Assembly (NCBI GenBank): GCA_963752285.1
Contig: CAVVXN010000005.1
Location: forward strand, 2,283,333 to 2,347,332
Source: an uncultured Planctomycetota bacterium
GTDB lineage: Bacteria > Planctomycetota > PLA2 > JAEUHO01
Reading direction: 5' to 3'
Length of the DNA stretch: 64,000 nucleotides
Shown here: in pieces, positions 10,539 to 19,655 of the stretch
Position numbering within the stretch: position 1 is the first letter of the stretch
Layout of the letters: every line of letters starts with the position of its first letter
Position numbers and translations under genes: made by a program
Notes under the pieces: generated by a model
The model's input: only the letters and a program-made list of their open reading frames with translations
Databases searched by the model: none
What the model was told of the DNA's origin: nothing

Positions 10539-11285
10539 ATGGAGTCGGACGGCTCGGGGGTCGCCCTCGTCACCGGCGCGGGCGGCGGCGTCGGCGGTCG
10601 GACCGCCGAGGTCCTGGACCGCGCGGGCTGGAGGGTCGCGCTCCTCGGTCGGACCGCGGCGTCGCTCGAGCGAACCGCCCGCGGGCTCCGAAACCCCCAC
10701 GTGGTCCTCGCGGCCGACGTGGCCGACCGGGACGCCGTCGAGGCGCGCGTGCGCGAGACGGAGCGCCGGCTCGGGCCGCCCACGGCCCTCGTGAACGCGG
10801 CGGGGGTCTCGGCCGCGGCGCCGCTCCTGCCTCCCGACGACGAGATCTTCGACCGGACGATCGGGACGAACCTCCGCGGCGCGTGGGTGGTCACCACGGC
10901 CTGCCTGCCGGGCATGCTCCGCGCGGGCCACGGCGTGGTCGTGAACGTCGCGAGCACCGCGGCGCTGCGCGGCTACCGCCACGTCGCGGCATACGTCGCG
11001 AGCAAGCACGGCCTCCTCGGGCTCACGCGGGCGTGGGCCCTCGACCTCGAGAAGAAGGGCGTGCGCGTCCACGCGATCTGTCCGGGATTCCTCGACACCG
11101 AGATGACGGCGGTGAGCGTCGCGGCGATCGTCGCGCGGACGAGCCTCTCCTTGGAGGACGCCCGCGCGGCCCTCGCCCGCCAGAACGCGAGCGGTCGGCT
11201 GATCGCCCCCGAGGCGGTCGCGGCCCGCGTCCTCGCCCTCCTCGACCCCGCGACGGGCACCGGTCGGGTCGAGACCCTCGAGTAG
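10539..11285 (+). CDS. Short-chain dehydrogenase/reductase (3-hydroxyacyl-CoA/3-hydroxybutyrate dehydrogenase-like)
   Basis: [19 protein letters not shown] (YxxxK), ICPGFLDT. Confidence 0.9.
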   Translation: MESDGSGVALVTGAGGGVGGRTAEVLDRAGWRVALLGRTAASLERTARGLRNPHVVLAADVADRDAVEARVRETERRLGPPTALVNAAGVSAAAPLLPPDDEIFDRTIGTNLRGAWVVTTACLPGMLRAGHGVVVNVASTAALRGYRHVAAYVASKHGLLGLTRAWALDLEKKGVRVHAICPGFLDTEMTAVSVAAIVARTSLSLEDARAALARQNASGRLIAPEAVAARVLALLDPATGTGRVETLE

Positions 11286-11382
11286 TCGCGCCCGCGCCCG
11301 CCCCATTCCTTCGCGACGCACCCGGGGCGTGCCATCCTGCGACGAACGCGCCCCGCGCGACGCCACAGGGAGGGAGCGCACG

Positions 11383-12753
11383 ATGATCCGATTCGGGCCC
11401 GGGAACCTCAGGATCCCCCGCTTCCAGAAGCCCGTCTTCGCGGTGGCCGGCGGGCTCACCGACTACCGAAAGCGCTATCCCGAGAAGAACACCTCCGAGC
11501 TCTGCATGGAGGCGACGCGGATGGCGGTCGAGGAGAACGACCTCAAGGTCTCTCCCGACGAGCTCCGCCGCCGCGTCAACTGGTGCGTGTACTCGCAGTT
11601 CGCCGACCACTTCGGCGACCAGCTCCTCGCGGCGGCGAAGATCCACGACTACCTGGGCTTCGACCCGCTCGGGAACATCGAGGTCAAGACCGGCGGCGCC
11701 ACCGGTGGCTCCGCGGTCCTCGCCGCGTGTCAGGCCGTGGCCTCGGGCTACGCCGACTGCGTGCTCGTCGTCGGGTGGGAGCGCATGGACGAGGTCTCGA
11801 CGCGGGTCGGCAACGCGTACATCGCCTCCGCCGCGTGCAAGGACTTCGAGAGCGAGCTCGGGTGGATGTACGCCGCCTACTACGCGCTCATGGCGCAGCG
11901 GTACCAGTACGAGAACCAGGTCCCCCACGAGACGCTCGCGAAGATCGCGGTCAAGAACCACGAGTACGCCCGTCACTCGCCCTACGCGCAGCAGCCCGGC
12001 CGATACACGGTCGAGGACGTGCTGAAGAACCCCGAGGTCTCGACCCCGCTGACCTTCCTGGAGTGCTGCGCCATGAGCGTCGGGGCGGCGACGCTGCTCG
12101 TCTGCGACGAGAAGGTGGCGCACGAGATCTCCGACGCGCCCGTCGAGATCAAGGCCTGCTGCGGCGGCACGCACACCCTCCGCACGGCCGACCGGCGGAA
12201 CATGCCGATCCTCCTCCTCCCGAACGAGGACGAGAAGACGTACGCCGAGTACTTCGCGGACCGGCGCCACGAGTGGCCGGGCTTCTCGTCGTTCCTCGCC
12301 GCGCGGATGGCCGCCTACCTCGCGTACCACCAGGCGGGCATCCACGACCCCGTCGAGGACCTCGACCTCCTCGAGACCCACGACGCGTTCACGATCAGCG
12401 ACATCCAGACGTACGAGGACGTCGGGCTGAGGCCGTACGGCCGAGGGCGCGAGTTCATCGAGTCGGGCGACGCGTACTACGAGGGGCGCCTCCCCACGAA
12501 CCTCTCGGGCGGGCTCATCGGGACGATGCACGCGGTGGGCGCCACCGGCATCTTCCAGGTCGTCGAGCTCCTCTGGCAGCTCCAGCAGAAGTGGGCGAAG
12601 TTCCACGCGGCGCCCGAGCTCTGGACGCGCTACGCGAAGTCGAAACCCGACGACCACCGCGACCTGCAGGTGAAGAAGGCCCGGCGGGGCATGGCGATCT
12701 CGCACGCCGGGACGGGAAGCCACGTGACGTGCACCATCCTCGAGAGGGCCTGA
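11383..12753 (+). CDS. Thiolase-superfamily protein (SCP2-thiolase-like) lacking the nucleophilic Cys
   Basis: KTGGATGGSA at the usual xCASG/xCATG site, LETHDAF, NLSGGLIGTMHAVGATG. Confidence 0.88.
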   Translation: MIRFGPGNLRIPRFQKPVFAVAGGLTDYRKRYPEKNTSELCMEATRMAVEENDLKVSPDELRRRVNWCVYSQFADHFGDQLLAAAKIHDYLGFDPLGNIEVKTGGATGGSAVLAACQAVASGYADCVLVVGWERMDEVSTRVGNAYIASAACKDFESELGWMYAAYYALMAQRYQYENQVPHETLAKIAVKNHEYARHSPYAQQPGRYTVEDVLKNPEVSTPLTFLECCAMSVGAATLLVCDEKVAHEISDAPVEIKACCGGTHTLRTADRRNMPILLLPNEDEKTYAEYFADRRHEWPGFSSFLAARMAAYLAYHQAGIHDPVEDLDLLETHDAFTISDIQTYEDVGLRPYGRGREFIESGDAYYEGRLPTNLSGGLIGTMHAVGATGIFQVVELLWQLQQKWAKFHAAPELWTRYAKSKPDDHRDLQVKKARRGMAISHAGTGSHVTCTILERA

Positions 12754-12756
12754 GCC

Positions 12757-13230
12757 ATGACCGTGAAGCTCGACGGCACGAAGGCGGACCTTTTGAGTCG
12801 CGACCCGATGGTCGTGAAGAACCAGAAGAGCTGGTACCACGCGCACTCGTACGGCGGGTGGAGTCGGTTCTTCCAGGGCCTCCAGGAGGGGCGCCTGCTC
12901 GGCACGAGGTGCACGAGCTCCGACTGCTCCGAGAAGCGGATCTTCCTGCCGCCCCGTACCGACTGCGTGGACTGCTGGGCGCGAACCGAGTGGGTGGAGG
13001 TGCCTCCGAAGGGCCGCGTGTTCACGTTCAGCGAGATCACGTACCCCGGCGAGCTGTTCCGCGCGGAGCCGCCGGTCTACCTCATCAGCGTGGAGATCGA
13101 GGGGGTCTGCACGAAGCTGATGTCGTACCTCCGGGACGGGAAGCCGGAGTTCGGGATGCCCGTCCGCGCGGTGTTCGAGACGAAGAACCCGACGAACACG
13201 ATCCTCGACCTGGCGTGGGTCCCCGCCTGA
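12757..13230 (+). CDS. DUF35-type Zn-ribbon + OB-fold protein
   Basis: FFQGLQEGRLLGTRC-x4-C...PPRTDCVDC...WVEVPPKGRVFTFS; starts 3 nt after the thiolase-like gene. Confidence 0.9.
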   Translation: MTVKLDGTKADLLSRDPMVVKNQKSWYHAHSYGGWSRFFQGLQEGRLLGTRCTSSDCSEKRIFLPPRTDCVDCWARTEWVEVPPKGRVFTFSEITYPGELFRAEPPVYLISVEIEGVCTKLMSYLRDGKPEFGMPVRAVFETKNPTNTILDLAWVPA

Positions 13231-13583
13231 CCCCCCCATACGGAGCCAGAGCAATTCGTCCGAATCAGCCGGGGGCGCCCCGGCGGATCGGACGCGATGG
13301 CGGCCCGGATGGCGGCCGCAGGCCGGGGCTCCGAACGGCCGCCCCGTAGCCGCCCCCCCACCCCGCCGGTCCCGGCCCTCGGGTCGCCGTCCGACGCCCC
13401 GCCCCCCTCGTCGCCGACCCCACGGAGCCAGGGCGACCTCGTCGCCTCGCCGAGCACGAGCGTCTCGCCCTCGGCGAGACCGAGACGAACGTCCGTCCCT
13501 CGGCGGTCTCGTAGCCTCCCGCCGAGCCGGCCCCGGGCGCGGCCCCCGATCTCGCGCGCGCCCCTCGGCGGCGCAGGAGACCC

Positions 13584-14195
13584 ATGACGGACCTCGCGGA
13601 GCAGCTGGGCGGCATCGACATCTACCTGCTCGACCAGGTCCTGCGGGGCCGCATCCACGAGGGGCAGCGGATCCTCGACGTCGGCTGCGGCAACGGCCGG
13701 AACCTCACCTACTTCCTGCGGCAGGGCTTCGACGTCTCGGCGATCGACACCGACGCGCGGAGCGTGGCGCATGTCCGTGCGCTCGTCGCGGAGCTGGCCC
13801 CTCGTCTCGAGGGCGACCGGGTCCACGTCGCGCGGGTCGAGGACATGCCCTTCGCCGACGGCGCCTTCGACGTCGTCGTCGCGAACGCCGTCCTCCACTT
13901 CGCACGCGATCCCGAGAACTTCGCGGAGATGCTCGGCGAGGTGCGCCGTGTCCTCGCCCCCGGCGGCATCCTCTTCGCCCGCCTGGCCTCGCGCATCGGG
14001 ATCGAGGACGCGCTCGAGCCGATCGGGAACGGCCGCTGCCACCTGCCCGACGGGACCGACCGGTACGTCGTCGATCTCGACCAGCTGCTCGCGTGGACGG
14101 AGCGCCTGGGCGGCGCCCTGCTCGACCCGATCAAGACGACGAACGTGCAGGGCCTTCGATGCATCACGACGTGGGTCCTCCGGATCGCGAGCTGA
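13584..14195 (+). CDS. Class I SAM-dependent methyltransferase
   Basis: ILDVGCGNGRN, FDVVVANAVLHF, LAPGG. Confidence 0.9.
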   Translation: MTDLAEQLGGIDIYLLDQVLRGRIHEGQRILDVGCGNGRNLTYFLRQGFDVSAIDTDARSVAHVRALVAELAPRLEGDRVHVARVEDMPFADGAFDVVVANAVLHFARDPENFAEMLGEVRRVLAPGGILFARLASRIGIEDALEPIGNGRCHLPDGTDRYVVDLDQLLAWTERLGGALLDPIKTTNVQGLRCITTWVLRIAS

Positions 14196-14793
14196 GGCGG
14201 CGGACCCAGGCCGAGACCGGCGCGCGGCGCGCGGTCGCGATCGACGAGGGCCGGTAGGCCTCGATCACGGCCCAGCCTCCGCCGCGCGACGACCGGATCC
14301 CCCGAGGCCGCCGCGGGCCCGCCCCTGCTGGTTCTCCACGACTCCCCGGTGGACGTACGTACCCGCGACGCGCGGGTTCCCCTCGGGGTCGGTGCCCCGG
14401 CGGGCCCTGCACGCCCGGGGTGGTGGGACCCCGGTCCGTGTCGTCGTCACCGTTCCTCACCGCCGCGCTCGAGCGGCTCGGAGGCCGTCGGACGACCGAG
14501 GGAGAGACGGTGTCGATCGCGTTCTCGACGCGGGTCGCCACGCCGACGTCGGGCGGGACGTCGTGGAGACGCCGCACGATCGTCGTCCCCGATCGACCCG
14601 GCAGCGCCGAGGAGCGAACGGCCGTCCCGAACGTGCGCGCGTACAGCGCGGTAGACCGGGGAAGACGCGACGCGCGCCAGGGGGCAGAGGAGCCGGCACG
14701 GCCGTCGATCTCGAAGCGACGGCCGTGCGTGCCGCGCGCGCCCACCCATTCGACCGACCGCCGGCTTCGCGCCCGCGACGCCGACGGCAGGCG

Positions 14794-15339
14794 CTACGGG
14801 TCCGTCGTCATCGCCGTCGCGTCAGGGGTCAGCCGGGCCGGCCGCTCGGTGGCGTAGACGAGGTGCGGCATGCCCTTCCGCGTCGTCTCGACGATGCGAT
14901 CGTGAACCCGCTCGGCCACCGTGCGCGAGGCGACATTGTCGGCGTGGACGATCGAGACGACGAGTCCGCATCCCAAGACGTCGAGCGCGTGGTCGCGGCA
15001 CGCGCGGGCCGCTTCGGTCGCGAGGCCGCGGCGTCGGAGGCGCCCCACGACGTGGTAGCCCACCTCGTGGCGGGGCGACCCTTCCACGTCCTGCATCGTG
15101 ATCCCGCAGTCGCCCACGTACTCGCCGGTCTCGCGAAGCTCCATGGCCCACAGCCCGAAGCCGTGGTTCTCGTAGTTCCGCAGATTCCACCGGATCCAGC
15201 CCTCCGCGTCGGCCTCGGGGTTCTCGTGGATCGGGTAGAACCGTCGCGCGTACTCGTCCTCGAACTGCGCTACGACGTGCGACAGGTCATCGAGCGTGAA
15301 GGGACGGAGACGCAGTCGCTCGGTCTGGGGAATCCGCAT
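14794..15339 (-). CDS. GNAT acetyltransferase, RimJ/RimL-like
   Basis: TERLRLRPFTLDD, GFGLWA, EVGY, RRRGLATEAA, NVASRTVAER. Confidence 0.9.
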   Translation of the reverse strand: MRIPQTERLRLRPFTLDDLSHVVAQFEDEYARRFYPIHENPEADAEGWIRWNLRNYENHGFGLWAMELRETGEYVGDCGITMQDVEGSPRHEVGYHVVGRLRRRGLATEAARACRDHALDVLGCGLVVSIVHADNVASRTVAERVHDRIVETTRKGMPHLVYATERPARLTPDATAMTTDP

Positions 15340-15819
15340 GGGCGCTCCCGATCCTCGCCGGGCCGTCGGGCCTGGCCAACGGCGCGTGGGTCGGAAGACG
15401 CCTTCGGGGAGCGAGGGAGGCGCCGCGCCTCCAGGGCGGAGCGGCTTGTTCGCGGGCCCCTCCGAGACGGCGCCGCCGTGAAGGGACCCTTCCGGAAGGT
15501 GGAGGGGGAGGGAGGCGCGCCCCGGTCCGGCCCGATCCCGCGCCCGACTCCGAACCCGGGGGCTTCGCCCGGGCGACCCCGCGCGCGCCCCCGCGCCGAG
15601 GGTCTTCCTGCGAGACGACGAAGCCTTCGCGCGGAACCCCGCCGGCCGCCCCGCGCAGGGCCTTCGCTACCGGGCCGGTCGCGACCTCGTGGTCGAGAGG
15701 GAGACCGCTCCCGTTCGCGGGTCGCGCCGCGTCCCCCTGCCCCGCGTCGGGACGGACCCGCGACGCCTCGCGACCCGCTCCGCCTCAATCCGGCCCGGGC
15801 CGCCGGTCGATCGGGGAGG

Positions 15820-16896
15820 ATGACCCGCGGGAGGTCCGGCTCCGGGATGCCCACGCTCGAACCGCACGCCCGGTCGGCGGAGCCCGCACGTGGCACCCCG
15901 CCGACCGCCACGACCGCCTGGACCCGCGCGGCCCAGGAGACGCTGCCGTCGGCCCGGGACCTGGTCGTGGTCCGCGCGGGTCCCGACGAGACCCCGGCGT
16001 TCGCCGCCTTCGCGCGCCGCCGACGCGCGGGCGTCGTCCGGCTCGAGGCGCCCGGCCACCAGGAGCTCCAGGAACCGTTCGGCGTCTACGCCGGGGCCCG
16101 GGGCGGAGCGCTCGACGACCTCGCGCGCGCGGTCGTGGACCTCGCACGTCCGATTCGCATCGAACGGACCTTCGCCGACGCCCCGTTCCTCGACGCGCTC
16201 GAACGGGCGCTCGGGCGCGGAGGCCGTCTCTTCCGACGGCCCCGCGGCGGGACCCCGGTGCTGCGGCTCGACGCGGGCTGGACGGACCCGCGGGCGCACC
16301 TCTCCGCCCGGAGGCGGAGCGACCTCCGTCGCGCCGAGCGCCGCGCCGGCGACGTCGAGGCGACGATCTACGCGCCCGGCCCCGACGAGGTCGGAGCGCG
16401 CCTCCGGGAGGCGCTCGACGTCGAGTCGCGCTCGTGGCGCGCCGCCCGCGGCGGCGCCATCGCCGAGGACGCGATGCGCGGACCGTTCCTCCGTCGCCTC
16501 GCCGAGCTCGCGGCGGCCGAGGGCACCCTCCGCCTCGGGCTCCTGCGGGTGGACGGGAAGCCGGCGGCCATGTGCTACGCCCTCGTCGTGGGCGGCAGCT
16601 TCTGGCTCCTCAAGATCGGCTACGACGAGGCCTTCGCGCGGTGCTCGCCGGGCGTGCTCCTCACGGTCGCCTCGATCCGGCACGCCGCGGAGGCGGGCCT
16701 CGCCACGTACGACTTCCTCGGCGTACGCGAGGATTGGACCGCGCTCTGGACGAGCGAGGACCGCGCCTGCGTCGCCGTCTTCGCGTACCCCCGCGGCCTC
16801 GCGAGCCGCGCGGGCCTCGCGATCGACCTCGCCGCGGCGGCGGCCCGGAAGGCGAGGCTCCGCCTCCGGCGCCGCCCCGCGGGGATCGCGACGTGA
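15820..16896 (+). CDS. GNAT-family protein, CelD/BcsL-like
   Basis: LSARRRSDLRRAERR, LRVDGKPAA, KIGYDEAFARCSPGVLL, YDFLG; start may instead be ATG 15847. Confidence 0.8.
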   Translation: MTRGRSGSGMPTLEPHARSAEPARGTPPTATTAWTRAAQETLPSARDLVVVRAGPDETPAFAAFARRRRAGVVRLEAPGHQELQEPFGVYAGARGGALDDLARAVVDLARPIRIERTFADAPFLDALERALGRGGRLFRRPRGGTPVLRLDAGWTDPRAHLSARRRSDLRRAERRAGDVEATIYAPGPDEVGARLREALDVESRSWRAARGGAIAEDAMRGPFLRRLAELAAAEGTLRLGLLRVDGKPAAMCYALVVGGSFWLLKIGYDEAFARCSPGVLLTVASIRHAAEAGLATYDFLGVREDWTALWTSEDRACVAVFAYPRGLASRAGLAIDLAAAAARKARLRLRRRPAGIAT

Positions 16897-17723
16897 AGGC
16901 GCTGCTCCGCCGCGCGATCGAGCCCCTCGCGGCGCAGGCCGCACGCGCGTACGTCGCGGGCCCCCGGGCGGGCGACGCGCTCCGCGTGGCGCGACGGCTC
17001 TCGGCGTGGCGCCTCGGGGTCACGATCGGCTACTGGAACGCGGCCGGCGAGTCGCCGGAACGCGTCCACGCCGCGTCCGCGGAGGGCCTCGAGGCCATGC
17101 ACCGCGCGGGCCTCCCCGGCTACCTCTCCCTGAAGCACCCGGCCCTCGGACCGGACGAGGGCCTCCTCCTCGACCTCCTCGACCGCGCCCGTCGGCTCGG
17201 TCGGCGCGTCCACTTCGACGCGCTCGGGCCCGAGCACGCGGACCGCACGAACGCGGCGATCGAGGCGGGCCTCGCGAAGAAGTCGGACCTCGGGACGACG
17301 CTCCCGGGCCGATGGACGCGCAGCCCCGGCGACGCCGACTGGGCCGCCCGCCTCGGCCTCGTCGTCCGGGTCGTCAAGGGCCAGTGGGCCGATCCCGACG
17401 CGCCCGACCTCGACCCGCGCGCGGGGTTCCTCGCCGTCGTGGAGCGCCTGGCCGGACGCGCGCGCGAGGTCGCCGTCGCGAGCCACGACCTGGCGCTCGC
17501 CGAACGGTCGATCGAGCGGCTCCGCGCGCGCGGGACGAGGGTCTGCTGGGAGCTCCTCTTCGGTCTGCCGCTCCGGGGGGCGCGCCGCGCGGCGCGACGT
17601 CTGCGCGTGCCCGTGCGCGTGTACGTCCCGTTCGGCGCGTCCTGGCTCCCCTACACGATGGACGTCGTCCGCGCGCGCCCGACCGTGGTCCCCTGGCTCG
17701 TCCTCGACCGTCTCGGTCTCTGA
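16893..17723 (+). CDS. Proline dehydrogenase-like flavoprotein (divergent)
   Basis: AYVAG, YLSLK, VRVVKGQW, VASHD, ELLFGL, VRVYVPFG; GTGA overlap with the GNAT gene. Confidence 0.75.
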   Translation: MKALLRRAIEPLAAQAARAYVAGPRAGDALRVARRLSAWRLGVTIGYWNAAGESPERVHAASAEGLEAMHRAGLPGYLSLKHPALGPDEGLLLDLLDRARRLGRRVHFDALGPEHADRTNAAIEAGLAKKSDLGTTLPGRWTRSPGDADWAARLGLVVRVVKGQWADPDAPDLDPRAGFLAVVERLAGRAREVAVASHDLALAERSIERLRARGTRVCWELLFGLPLRGARRAARRLRVPVRVYVPFGASWLPYTMDVVRARPTVVPWLVLDRLGL

Positions 17724-17725
17724 GG

Positions 17726-18694
17726 TCAGGCGCGCGACGGCGCGCGGGCGCCGTCCGTGGACGGGTGGATCACGCGGCTGTACGGGGACATCCGCGGGTC
17801 GAGGACGAACCGGAGGAGGACCGCGGTCCACGAACGGTACGAGGCGAGCGGGTCGTAGAACTCGGACGCCCGCGCCTTGATCCGGGGCAGGCGGTTCCAC
17901 GCCACGTTCATGAAGTCGTGGTGCTCGTTGTGGTAGCCGACGTTGAACGCGAGCAGGTTGGCGGCCCCGTAGTACGAGTAGGTCTCCTGGCCCGGGGTCG
18001 TGACGTAGTGCTCCTGGATCCACCGGCCGCCGAGCGGGTGCAGGCCGAGCCCGAAGAGCATCGACACCACGACGTAGGCGAGCGCAAAGGGCCCGAAGAA
18101 GAACACGAGGACCGCGTCCGTCGTCGCCACGACGGCCGCGTTCGCGAGGGTCCAGCCGTCGATCAGGGGCACCGACCGGATCTTCCGGGGCCGGAGCGCC
18201 TGCGAGATCGAGAAGAAGGTCATCCAGACGGCCTTCCGCCACCAGGCGTGGCCGACCAGGCGCGCCTCCCAGGCGGGCGCGACGTCGGCGTCCAGCTCGG
18301 GCTCGCCCAGGAACCGGTGGTGGAGCAGGTGGTACTTGCGGAACGCGATCGCCCCCGGGAATCCGAGCGCGACGTCACAGAAGATCCCGATCAGCCGGTT
18401 CGCCGTCGCGGAACGCGCGACGAGGTTGTGCGTCGCCTCGTGGATCATGACGTAGAGGGCGTGCGCGATCGTCGCTCCGATCACGTACGCGAGGAGCAGG
18501 CTCGCCCACCAGGGCCAGGTCGTCTGGAGCGCGGCGAGGGCGATCTGTGCCGCGACGAGCCCCACCACCGCGAGGACCGTCCACCGGTTGGGGCCCGCGA
18601 GGTCAAGAACCTCCGGGTGGGCCCGGAGGATCTCCTTCCTCCGCACGAAGTGGACCTGCGGTCCGTCGCCGGGGATGAACGCTTCGGGAGACAT
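17726..18694 (-). CDS. Membrane desaturase, sphingolipid delta-4 desaturase (DEGS1/DES1)-like
   Basis: N-terminal HFVRRKEILRAHPEV; His boxes HEATH, HLLHH and GYHNEHHDF; GLHPLGGRWIQEHY; QETYSYYG. Confidence 0.85.
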   Translation of the reverse strand: MSPEAFIPGDGPQVHFVRRKEILRAHPEVLDLAGPNRWTVLAVVGLVAAQIALAALQTTWPWWASLLLAYVIGATIAHALYVMIHEATHNLVARSATANRLIGIFCDVALGFPGAIAFRKYHLLHHRFLGEPELDADVAPAWEARLVGHAWWRKAVWMTFFSISQALRPRKIRSVPLIDGWTLANAAVVATTDAVLVFFFGPFALAYVVVSMLFGLGLHPLGGRWIQEHYVTTPGQETYSYYGAANLLAFNVGYHNEHHDFMNVAWNRLPRIKARASEFYDPLASYRSWTAVLLRFVLDPRMSPYSRVIHPSTDGARAPSRA

Positions 18695-18860
18695 CGATCG
18701 ACCGTTCCGGTACGGAGGCGGATCGTACCGCCCGTGGCGGGCGGGCGATCCCGCGCGGGCGTCCCGACCGTGCGTCGTGGGACGAACGGGTACCATGGCC
18801 GCCCCGGACGGGAGCAGGCGACGCGGGCGTCCCCGGGACGCGAGGAGAGCGAGGAGCGGG

Positions 18861-19655
18861 ATGACGGAAGAACCCTTCGCCGAGGAGATCGAGGACGGCG
18901 TCGCGACGATCGTCCTCGACCGGCCCGACCGGTTGAACGCGCTCACGTTCGAGGTCTACCGCCGGCTGACCGACCGGTTCCGCGAGCTGCGCTTCGACGA
19001 CGACGTGCGGGCGGTGGTGGTCACGGGCCGGGGCAAGGGGTTCTGCTCGGGCGGAGACGTCGAGGACATCATCGGGAGGCTGTTCGAGCAGGACCCGCGC
19101 GCGACGCTCGAGTTCGCGCGGATGACGGGGGAGCTCGTCGAGAACGTACGGCGGCTCGACAAGCCCGTGGTCGCGGCGGTCAACGGCACGGCCGCCGGCG
19201 CCGGGTCCGTCCTGGCCCTCGCCTGCGACCTGCGGGTGGTCTCCGAGCGCGCCCGCTTCCACTTCCTCTTCTCGAAGGTGGGGCTCGCCGGTGCGGACAT
19301 GGGCGCGGCCTGGCTGCTCCCGCGGATCGTCGGCCTCGGACGCGCCACGGAGTGGCTGTACCTCGGCGACGGCGTGGACGCCGCGACGGCCCTCGCGGCC
19401 GGGCTCGCGAACCGCGTCGTCGCCCCCGACCAGGTCCTCCCCGCGGCCCTCGAGATCGCGCGGACGCTCGCGAAGGGCCCGAGCCTCGCGCTCTCGCTCA
19501 CGAAGCGGGCCCTCCTCGGCGAGCAGTCCATGGACCTCGCGTCGGCCATCGAGCACGAGGCGGTCCTCCAGGCGTACCTGCTCCGCGCGGAGGACCACCG
19601 GCGCTTCTACGACGCGTGGCGCGAAGGGCGGCCGCCGGAGTTCCTCGGGCGGTGA
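18861..19655 (+). CDS. Enoyl-CoA hydratase/isomerase family protein
   Basis: DRPDRLNALTFEVY, FCSGGDV, AAVNGTAAGAG, VGLAGADMGAAWLLPRIVG. Confidence 0.9.
   Translation: MTEEPFAEEIEDGVATIVLDRPDRLNALTFEVYRRLTDRFRELRFDDDVRAVVVTGRGKGFCSGGDVEDIIGRLFEQDPRATLEFARMTGELVENVRRLDKPVVAAVNGTAAGAGSVLALACDLRVVSERARFHFLFSKVGLAGADMGAAWLLPRIVGLGRATEWLYLGDGVDAATALAAGLANRVVAPDQVLPAALEIARTLAKGPSLALSLTKRALLGEQSMDLASAIEHEAVLQAYLLRAEDHRRFYDAWREGRPPEFLGR

Noticed and set aside
14164..14790. Possible ORF or gene relic between the methyltransferase and the RimL-like GNAT
   Set aside because: No recognisable motif or convincing start in any frame; left uncalled.
15340..15820. Possible riboswitch or ncRNA in a long palindrome-rich spacer
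   Set aside because: No known riboswitch consensus recognisable by eye; an Rfam covariance search would be needed.
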